Source of the DNA: a virus
DNA length: 63,478 bases
Direction: 5' to 3' (one strand)
IMG/VR virus record: IMGVR_UViG_3300049811_000165
Coordinates: 1 to 63,478 of that record
This document shows, piece by piece, positions 1 to 6,369 of the stretch. The notes beneath the pieces are model-generated. The model worked only from the letters and a program-made list of their open reading frames with translations, ran no database searches and was not told where the DNA came from. Numbering within the stretch: the stretch's first letter is position 1; each line of letters opens with the position of its first letter. A program made the position numbers and the translations under genes.

Positions 1-127
1 GCCCAGGAGCTGCGGGTCCGGGTAGCGGACCTTGGAGGCGTCGTTGAGCGGGATCCGCGCGCGGTCGACGACGTTCTGGAAGGTGCGAGCCATCGCTTAG
101 GCGAGCAGCTTCTCGACCAGGGTCTCG
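1..127. repeat. Terminal direct repeat, copy 1 (identical to 63352..63478)
   Basis: First 127 nt (gcccaggagctgcgggtccgggtagcgg...ttctcgaccagggtctcg) match the last 127 nt of the window base for base. It carries the 5' end (1..93, minus strand) of the gene annotated at 63118..63444. Confidence 0.95.
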
Positions 128-453
128 TGCTTCGAGGCGGGGTGCGAGGCGCGGCCGAACTTCTCGACGTAGAGGGCCTGAAGCTCTTCGAGCGTCTTGG
201 TCTCCAGCGTGGCGCGCGCCAGGGCGGCGGCCTCCAGCGCCTCTTCGTCCTCGTCGCTGGGCTTGTCCTCGGCCAGCTCTTCGTCGGGAGCGGCCAGCTC
301 GAACTCCGGGCCGCGCGACAGGATGGCCGCCACGGTCTCTTCGTCCTCGACGTTGCACACGAGCTTGCCACCGGGGCCACGACGGAAGTGGTACTTGCTC
401 TGGCCGATGGTCACGACGTTGTCCAGCTCGGGGATGTTGCAGATGATCTTCAT
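97..453 (-). CDS. Hypothetical capsid-module protein with an acidic middle and a C-terminal Rho_N/HeH-like helix motif
   Basis: 118-aa track ORF with AAGGAGG SD at 461-467. C-terminus TLEELQALYVEKFGRASHPASKHETLVEKLL resembles SAP/HeH/Rho_N motifs. It follows the capsid genes; the next gene starts 3 nt later across the circular junction. Confidence 0.7.
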   Translation of the reverse strand: MKIICNIPELDNVVTIGQSKYHFRRGPGGKLVCNVEDEETVAAILSRGPEFELAAPDEELAEDKPSDEDEEALEAAALARATLETKTLEELQALYVEKFGRASHPASKHETLVEKLLA

Positions 454-469
454 GAAGCTCCTCCTTGGT

Positions 470-510
470 CAAAGAAAAGGGGGGCGAGCAACCACAGTCG
501 CCCGCCCCCC
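470..510 (-). terminator. Rho-independent terminator (minus strand) after the capsid/decoration genes
   Basis: The minus strand reads GGGGGGCGGGCGAC-tgtggtt-GCTCGCCCCCC followed by TTTTCTTTG. The GC stem has at least 8 perfect bp plus a U-tract, sits 20 nt after the stop at 530, and is just upstream of the next SD. Confidence 0.6.
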
Positions 511-529
511 GTGAGTTGCATCGTGCGGG

Positions 530-994
530 TTACGGAACCGCGCGAGCCAGCACGCACAGGCGCGCCTTGCCGGCCGCGAACGTCGCGGCAGCGGTCGTCA
601 CCTTCAGCGCGATGGCGCGGTCGGTCTCGACAGCCTGCACGGCGTTCAGCACGCGGCCAGCGTTGCGGCTGAAGCCGCCAGCGCGCGCGTCATTGATGCC
701 CGAGGCCCACACCGCGCCGCCGTCGGCCGCAGCCGTCGACAGGTCGGTCTTGCCCGAGTTGAGCAAGCCCAGCGACAGGGCCAGCGTGGGGGTGCCGTTG
801 CTGTCGAGGTCGTCGCAGTCGAGCGTGTAGTCGACCGGAACGTGACCGCCGGGCAGCGGACCGAGTTCGATCGTGTCGTTGATCACGGGCGCGGCCGTGA
901 GGTTGATCTCGTAGTACAGGGCCACGACTTCGCCGCCCTGCGCGATCTTCGACGGGAGCTTGCCCGCCGCGTAGTCACTCTTGATGTTCGCCAT
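530..994 (-). CDS. Putative capsid decoration / capsid-associated structural protein
   Basis: 154-aa ORF directly downstream of the major capsid gene, Ala/Gly/Thr-rich and beta-type in composition. The call is by position only. Confidence 0.4.
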   Translation of the reverse strand: MANIKSDYAAGKLPSKIAQGGEVVALYYEINLTAAPVINDTIELGPLPGGHVPVDYTLDCDDLDSNGTPTLALSLGLLNSGKTDLSTAAADGGAVWASGINDARAGGFSRNAGRVLNAVQAVETDRAIALKVTTAAATFAAGKARLCVLARAVP

Positions 995-1022
995 CTTGAT
1001 CTCCTGGTGAGGTTCGAGGGAG

Positions 1023-1042
1023 GGGCCGGATCACTCCGGCCC
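1023..1042 (-). promoter_or_regulatory. Stable hairpin immediately after the major capsid stop codon
   Basis: GGGCCGGA-tcac-TCCGGCCC gives an 8-bp perfect stem. On the mRNA strand the loop is GUGA (GNRA-type). There is no U-tract, so it looks like an RNA stabiliser or processing element rather than a terminator. Confidence 0.45.
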
Positions 1043-1050
1043 GTCATCCC

Positions 1051-2190
1051 TTAGCCCGGGTTGGCCGCAGCGGTGTCGATCGCGATCGAACCGAAGTCCT
1101 TCTCGACGCCATCGATGCTGAAGCGGGTCTTCTTGACGCCCGCGATCGTGCTGGTCGTGATGACCGCCTGATTGCCGTTGTCGCGCGACTCCTCGTGCCA
1201 GTCGAAGCGCAGGCCGGTGCCCGGCGAGCCGAAGGCCACCACAGCAGCCTGACGCCCCAGGAACAGCGAGCGCGCCACCGCCACCGAGCCGGCGCCGCCG
1301 TCAGTGCGACGGAGGACCGAGCGGTGCTTGTGCAGCACGACGTTGTTGTAGAGGCCCAGCGAGCCCTTGAAGATCGGGTTCGCGCGGCCCTCGGCGCCGG
1401 CAGCCGCCTTCTGGATGTCGAGCCACTGGCCGGTCGTCGCGTTCGTGCGAACGTCGTACTCCTGCCACGGGTGCATCACGAGGACGAAGTGCTCCTCGCC
1501 GTCGATCATCACCGGCTCGATCATCGGGGTGCCCGACGTGCCGCCGCCCATCGTCTCGGCGCGCGCCACGGCGCGGTCGATCAGCGACAGGGACATCTTG
1601 TCGCCCGAGGTGATGGCGCCGAAGGTGCCCGAGCCCGCAGCGATGTAGTGCTCGCTGTCGGGGGCGTAGAAGGCGTTGTTGGCGAAGCCCGCGTAGCCGG
1701 AGCTGTAGGTGTAGTCCTGGTTCGCGAACGAGGCCGCGCCCGAGCCCGACGTGCGGAAGCCGCCCGACAGGTACAGGAAGAACAGCTCGTCGAAGATGCG
1801 AGCCCACCACTCCGACTGACGGGCGCGAGCGATCTTGCGCAGGTCATGGATGGTGCGCTTGCGGGTCATGCGACCGCCAGTGTTGACGCCGCCGCGAGCC
1901 TGATCGATGTACACGTTGTCCGTGTAGAACTTCAGGTCTTCTTCCTTGCCCTCCAGCGTGTTGTCGCCTTCGACCGGCTGCATCTTGAGCTGCATGACGA
2001 GGTCGTAGGTGATCTGGTCGCCAGCGTCGTTTTCGAGCTGGGGCAGCATCTGGATGGGGGTCTGGGCTTCGACACCGACGCCCATGAACTTCTTGTTGAA
2101 GTAGGACTTGCGGCCAACGTCGACCGCCAGGAAGGCCGAGTAACGCTTGACCGCCTTGGCGTCATTGAGACCGATGATGGTCTTGGACAT
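1051..2190 (-). CDS. Major capsid protein (HK97 fold, N4 gp56 / DUF4043-like family)
   Basis: 379 aa. N-terminal block YFNKKFMGVG...GDQITYDLVMQL...EGDNTLEGKEEDLKFYTDNVYIDQARGGV matches the pattern I recall for N4-gp56-type capsid proteins. It lies downstream of the portal and scaffold genes. Confidence 0.85.
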   Translation of the reverse strand: MSKTIIGLNDAKAVKRYSAFLAVDVGRKSYFNKKFMGVGVEAQTPIQMLPQLENDAGDQITYDLVMQLKMQPVEGDNTLEGKEEDLKFYTDNVYIDQARGGVNTGGRMTRKRTIHDLRKIARARQSEWWARIFDELFFLYLSGGFRTSGSGAASFANQDYTYSSGYAGFANNAFYAPDSEHYIAAGSGTFGAITSGDKMSLSLIDRAVARAETMGGGTSGTPMIEPVMIDGEEHFVLVMHPWQEYDVRTNATTGQWLDIQKAAAGAEGRANPIFKGSLGLYNNVVLHKHRSVLRRTDGGAGSVAVARSLFLGRQAAVVAFGSPGTGLRFDWHEESRDNGNQAVITTSTIAGVKKTRFSIDGVEKDFGSIAIDTAAANPG

Positions 2191-2200
2191 GAGTGGTTCT

Positions 2201-2228
2201 CCTGATGAGATTGGGTTCGATCATCAGG
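2201..2228 (-). promoter_or_regulatory. Hairpin in the capsid mRNA leader that overlaps the capsid SD
   Basis: CCTGATGA-N12-TCATCAGG gives an 8-bp perfect stem. On the mRNA the 3' arm runs into ucaucAGGAGaaccacucAUG, so part of the SD lies within the stem. Confidence 0.45.
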
Positions 2229-2306
2229 CACTCTTGCGCCCGTTGTCACCCCCCGTTGTCGAGGGACGAAGAGGATCCTACTACAGCGTGAATCGGTTGG
2301 AGCAAG

Positions 2307-2381
2307 TGGCTGGTCCCCCAGGACTCGAACCTGGACTGCACGGTTTTGGAGACCGGCATCCTGCCATTGGAACAGGGACCA
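2307..2381 (-). tRNA. trnW: tRNA-Trp (anticodon CCA), with encoded 3' CCA
   Basis: Reverse complement: TGGTCCC TG TTCC AATGGCA GGAT G CCGGT CTCCAAA ACCGT GCAGT CCAGG TTCGAGT CCTGG GGGACCA G CCA. It has a 7-bp acceptor stem, a GG in the D-loop and a TTCGAGT T-loop. The anticodon arm is nearly identical to E. coli tRNA-Trp. Confidence 0.9.
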
Positions 2382-2385
2382 GCGG

Positions 2386-2619
2386 TTAGAACGTGGTGGG
2401 CTGCGCGATGCCGCGAATCACGGCCATGAAGCCCTTCTGCAAGTCGGTCGCCCCGATGCTGATCCATCGCTGGTCGAGCGACGGGTTCGAGCTGGTGCGC
2501 AGCTTCTCGACATAGGCGCCGACCTGCTCGGCCAGGGCCTTGCCCTCGTTCATGAGGGCCACCTCCGCCCCGGTGAGCTGACGGTAGCCGGTGATCTTCG
2601 GTTGTACGAACGTGTCCAT
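2386..2619 (-). CDS. acb2: Acb2-like protein (N4 gp49 / Sf6 gp66 family, PF13876-type); putative cyclic-oligonucleotide sponge (anti-CBASS)
   Basis: 77 aa. C-terminus DQRWISIGATDLQKGFMAVIRGIAQPTTF matches the family signature as I recall it (RW..I..T.LQ.GFM...R.IA.P..F). Tyr12 and Lys27 are 15 residues apart, like the ligand-binding Tyr/Lys pair reported for Acb2. Confidence 0.6.
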   Translation of the reverse strand: MDTFVQPKITGYRQLTGAEVALMNEGKALAEQVGAYVEKLRTSSNPSLDQRWISIGATDLQKGFMAVIRGIAQPTTF

Positions 2620-2704
2620 CTTTCCTCCTGTGGTGGTGCGCTGTTAAGCCCTCGCGAGCCGGCCGAGTCGTCCCAGCCCAGTGTTGCCACGGGTCGCGCT
2701 GACC

Positions 2705-2893
2705 CTACCGCAGCACCCCTTCTTTCGCCATCTCGCTCCCGGCGGCCCGGGTCGGCGGGTCAACGCGCACGCCCGGGGGAGCTACCACCCTCAGACGTGC
2801 GCGCTGCCCACTCTTCTCTTCGAGGGTGACCACGGCGTCGCCGATGGACGCCGTCTCCCCCACTCTCAGCTCGATGACGATCGATCGGTTCAT
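2705..2893 (-). CDS. CsrA-fold protein (divergent carbon-storage-regulator homologue)
   Basis: 62 aa. IVIELRVGETASIGDAVVTLEEKSGQRARLRVVAPPGVRVDPP aligns by eye with E. coli CsrA [45 protein letters not shown]. The start overlaps the scaffold stop (TGATG). Confidence 0.55.
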   Translation of the reverse strand: MNRSIVIELRVGETASIGDAVVTLEEKSGQRARLRVVAPPGVRVDPPTRAAGSEMAKEGVLR

Positions 2894-3870
2894 CAGCCGC
2901 GCAGGTACTTAGCCTGACGCTCCTCCGGCATGCGGGCCAGGGCCTTCTCCAGCTCCAGGCCCGACAGGTTGTCGAGGTCCGAGAACTCGTCGGTGCCCAC
3001 CGGCTCGGCCGAGGCCGGCGGCAGGTTGCCCACGCCCTTGAGGGGAACGTCGGGGAGGCGCGCCTTGACGGCCTCCTTCACGCTCTCCTTGGGCGTCTCC
3101 TTGGGCTTGGGCTCGATCGCCTTGCCCTTGGCGAAGCCCAGCGACTCGGCCACCTTCGAGACCTCGGCCAGGACCGCCTTGTGGCCCTCGCGCAGGAACC
3201 ATTCGGCAGGCTTGCTGGCGAACTCCTCCTTGGCGGCCAGGGTCCGCACCTCGCGGTCCCACATGGCCATGAGGGTCGGGTTCTTGTCGTAGTCGACGCC
3301 GTCGGTGGCCTTGAAGTCCTTCTTCACCTGCTCGATCGTCCAGGCGTACTGCGCGCGCTGCACGGCGGCGTTCTGCTCGATCGCGTGGTCGTGGTCGGCC
3401 TTGCGGCGGTCCAGCAGGGCGATCTTGTCGTTCAGGGTGTCGAGCTGGTCCTCGTACTCGTCGGTCGAGATGTCGCCGTCGCGGTGCTTCTGGCGCAGAT
3501 CCTTGCGCTCGTCGAGCAGCGTGCCGCGCTCGGCCTCGTAGTCGCCGACCTCGGGGACGGTGATCAGTGCGGCAGGAGGGGGCTGGAGCGTTGCAGGCTC
3601 CGCCTCACCAGCACCCGCAGCTTCACCCGCAGGAGCGCCGTCTTCTCCGGCAGGCGCAGCCGCCTCGCCACCGGGGTCAGCGCCATCGCCCGCATCCGAT
3701 GCAGGAGCGCCATCTCCCTCGGCAGCCACAGCGCCCGGAGAGCCATCTCCTTCGTCGTCGTCGCCCTCGTCGCCCTCGTTCGCATCAACATGCCCGCCCT
3801 CCTCGACATCGTCCAGAGCTTCCAGCTCCTCGTCCGATAGACCAGCCTTCTCGTCGTCACGCAGTCCCAT
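2893..3870 (-). CDS. Scaffolding protein (putative)
   Basis: 325 aa. It has a very acidic low-complexity N-terminal third, then a charged helical region. It lies between the portal/appendage genes and the capsid gene. Confidence 0.55.
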   Translation of the reverse strand: MGLRDDEKAGLSDEELEALDDVEEGGHVDANEGDEGDDDEGDGSPGAVAAEGDGAPASDAGDGADPGGEAAAPAGEDGAPAGEAAGAGEAEPATLQPPPAALITVPEVGDYEAERGTLLDERKDLRQKHRDGDISTDEYEDQLDTLNDKIALLDRRKADHDHAIEQNAAVQRAQYAWTIEQVKKDFKATDGVDYDKNPTLMAMWDREVRTLAAKEEFASKPAEWFLREGHKAVLAEVSKVAESLGFAKGKAIEPKPKETPKESVKEAVKARLPDVPLKGVGNLPPASAEPVGTDEFSDLDNLSGLELEKALARMPEERQAKYLRG

Positions 3871-3890
3871 TGTTTCCTCCTTGGTTGGGG

Positions 3891-4373
3891 TTACAGCTCG
3901 CCCGCCTCTTCGAGAGCGAGCAGCACGGCCATCACCTCTTCGAGGCCATCGTCGACCGCAGCCTGCAAGGTAGCAGGGGCAGACTTAGTTGGAGCAACCC
4001 GCACAGGTTCTTTCGCCTGCGGCACGAACTGGTAGACCGGCTGGATGACGTTCCCAGCCTGGGTACGATCGTTCCCTGATTGGGTACGATCCTCGATTCG
4101 CGAATCGCGAAGACTCTCGATCTCGACGGTGACCCGCTTATCAAGTGAGGCTTTACTTGCGGGCCGCTTGTTAAACTTACGGGCCGCGTTATTTGAGGAT
4201 CGCCGCGCGCGGGCCTCCTCGATGACGCGCCACTTGTCGAGCACGCGCTCGACCAGATCCCCGCCGCCGCCGTGGTACTCCAGGTCGAGGGTGGGCTGGG
4301 GCGTGACCTCTTGCTCGACGCCGAACAGGCGCCCAGCGAACAGCTTGCCCGCGAAGAGCTGGCCACGGAACAC
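3891..4373 (-). CDS. Hypothetical structural-module protein
   Basis: 160-aa ORF. It carries short internal tandem repeats (FAGKLFAGRLF; DRTQSGN/DRTQAGN, encoded by a 21-bp x2 repeat at 4051-4092). Confidence 0.55.
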   Translation of the reverse strand: MFRGQLFAGKLFAGRLFGVEQEVTPQPTLDLEYHGGGGDLVERVLDKWRVIEEARARRSSNNAARKFNKRPASKASLDKRVTVEIESLRDSRIEDRTQSGNDRTQAGNVIQPVYQFVPQAKEPVRVAPTKSAPATLQAAVDDGLEEVMAVLLALEEAGEL

Positions 4374-4374
4374 G

Positions 4375-4983
4375 CTATGCCCCGTCCGCCACGACGGAGA
4401 TCCGGTTGCCCGCCTCGTCGAAGGTGGCCACGATGCGGTCCTTGTCGTCGGCCGCGCTGCGATACCGCTCGGTCGGGGTGCCGATCCCGGTCGTCTTGCC
4501 CAGGATGCCGGCGCGGATCACCGCGATGGCTTGCTCAGCCGGGACGCCTTCGAGCAGGTAGGCCCAGGCCGCCGCCGCGTTCTGCTCGGCCGTGGGCGCG
4601 CTGCCACCGCCACCCGTGGCCACGGTGATCGCCTGCACTGGCTGCTGGTAGTTGATCCGCACGATGAAGCTGCCCACCGTGTTGATGAACGGATCCCCGC
4701 CGCCGTCGACCAGGAGCACGCCGTCGCTCACGTTCAGCGTGTGGCTGGCCTCCTGGGGCCGCACGCGCCAGCCATTGAGCAGGAAGGCGTAGATCGGGAT
4801 CGAGGTGCCCGAGCCCGGGTCGATCGGGTTGCCGCCGACCTGGGCCATCGCGGGCAGGTACTTGGAGTTGTCGCCGGTCAGGGACCAGTCGACCCATCGG
4901 CTCCAGAGATCGCGCACCGACAGCGCCACCGTCCCAGATGACAGGATGATGCGCTTGTTCGGGCCGTCGAAGGTGATCGCCAC
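4375..4983 (-). CDS. Conserved podovirus tail-appendage-associated protein (function unknown)
   Basis: 202 aa. The motif LWSRWVDW...DNSKYLPA...GGNPIDPGSG..IPIYAFLLNGWRVRPQEASHTL.V.DGVL..DGGGDPF recalls proteins encoded beside tail-fibre genes of T7-like marine phages. This is from memory only. Confidence 0.5.
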   Translation of the reverse strand: MAITFDGPNKRIILSSGTVALSVRDLWSRWVDWSLTGDNSKYLPAMAQVGGNPIDPGSGTSIPIYAFLLNGWRVRPQEASHTLNVSDGVLLVDGGGDPFINTVGSFIVRINYQQPVQAITVATGGGGSAPTAEQNAAAAWAYLLEGVPAEQAIAVIRAGILGKTTGIGTPTERYRSAADDKDRIVATFDEAGNRISVVADGA

Positions 4984-5002
4984 GTGGCCTCCTCACCCCG
5001 CC

Positions 5003-6361
5003 TTAGGCGAGGTAGCCCCGGTCTTGCTCGGCGGTCAGCGTGAAGGACAGGCCCTTCGAGCGCGAGATGGTGCCCGTGGCCACCACCGGCTTCGCACTGC
5101 CGGCGTTGCCCGCCACGATGGTCACGGCCGCGTCAGTGCCGGCGGTGCGCCCGCCCTGCACGTTGCCGTCGTAGTCGAACGAGAAGGAGATGGCCGCACC
5201 AGTGATGGCCCCCGTGATCGGGTTGCCGTCCTTGTCGTTGACCGTCACCGCGCCGCTCTCGCCGTAGTCGTTGGATGCTCCCGGAAGAGTCGTGAAGTAC
5301 ATGCGGAAGTAGCCCGTGCCGCCCGCCGTGAGGAAGGAGTTGAAGTTGAGCGTACCGGCCGCCGCGTAGGGGTAGGTGCGCTGCACGCTGTTCTGGTCGA
5401 GGAAGACCACGCGGTTCAAGTCCGCCGGCAGCACGCCCTCGATGAACACGCCCTGCGTGGTGTAGAGCGTGTCGCCCACGAAGTAGCAGAGCTGGCCCTC
5501 GGTCTTGCCCGTCACCGAGCCGGCGCCCGCGTCGATGTCGCTGTTCTGGCGCAGCAGGTACTGGACCTTCGTGTAGACCTGCTCCAGCGTCCCGCCGTTG
5601 GCCTGGATGATCTTGCGGAACGGGTACGAGCCCCCGCCGATCGTCTTGTTCTGGTCGGTCCCGTAGTAGGTGACCGTGATCCCGCTGTAGGGCGCGCCGC
5701 TCATGGCCGCGTCGTTGGCGGTGATCTTCAGGTCCGAGCCCACCGAGACGGGCAGCGAGACCTTGTACGCGCCGGTCCCGCTCTCGCCCACGTCGCCCAG
5801 CACTGCGTCGTCGTAGGTGTAGTTCGGCTCGCGGCAGAAGAGCTTGAAGTAGGTGCGGGTGTCGAAGTTGCCGTTGCTCGCGTCACCGAAGACCTGGATC
5901 GCCTCATTGGGCGCGTCGGTGAAGGTGAAGTTGACGGCCGCGCCGCCCGCCGCGCGCTGGTAGTAGAACTGGGCGCCACCAGGGAAGCCTGAGGCGAGCG
6001 CCACGATGCCGACGTACTGGCGATTGAGCACGCCCACTGCGCTGAACTCGGACCAGCCCGCGTCTCGGATCATCTGGCGCGTGGTGTCATCGGCCGGCTT
6101 CCACCCGTTGAACGTGCCGCCCGGATCCTGGCCGAAGATGTACTGGCCCGAGCGAGCGTCCAGGATGTTCATGGGGAACGGGTAGGGCTGGTAGGTCGAC
6201 AGCGTCCACAGGTCGACGAACTTGGCCCACAGCGCGTTGCCCGTGACGCCATCCTTGGCCACGAGGTTGCCCGCCGCCACCAGGGTGAAGGTGCGGGCCG
6301 GGAGGTTGAACGTGATCTCGGTGCCTACGTTCAGGTCATCTGGGTCGATGATCTTGGGCAT
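5003..6361 (-). CDS. Virion structural protein, putative tail appendage component
   Basis: 452-aa ORF, Gly/Thr/Asn-rich and beta-type, co-oriented and tightly packed with 4375..4983 and 6370..8943. Confidence 0.5.
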   Translation of the reverse strand: MPKIIDPDDLNVGTEITFNLPARTFTLVAAGNLVAKDGVTGNALWAKFVDLWTLSTYQPYPFPMNILDARSGQYIFGQDPGGTFNGWKPADDTTRQMIRDAGWSEFSAVGVLNRQYVGIVALASGFPGGAQFYYQRAAGGAAVNFTFTDAPNEAIQVFGDASNGNFDTRTYFKLFCREPNYTYDDAVLGDVGESGTGAYKVSLPVSVGSDLKITANDAAMSGAPYSGITVTYYGTDQNKTIGGGSYPFRKIIQANGGTLEQVYTKVQYLLRQNSDIDAGAGSVTGKTEGQLCYFVGDTLYTTQGVFIEGVLPADLNRVVFLDQNSVQRTYPYAAAGTLNFNSFLTAGGTGYFRMYFTTLPGASNDYGESGAVTVNDKDGNPITGAITGAAISFSFDYDGNVQGGRTAGTDAAVTIVAGNAGSAKPVVATGTISRSKGLSFTLTAEQDRGYLA

Positions 6362-6369
6362 GTCGTCTC

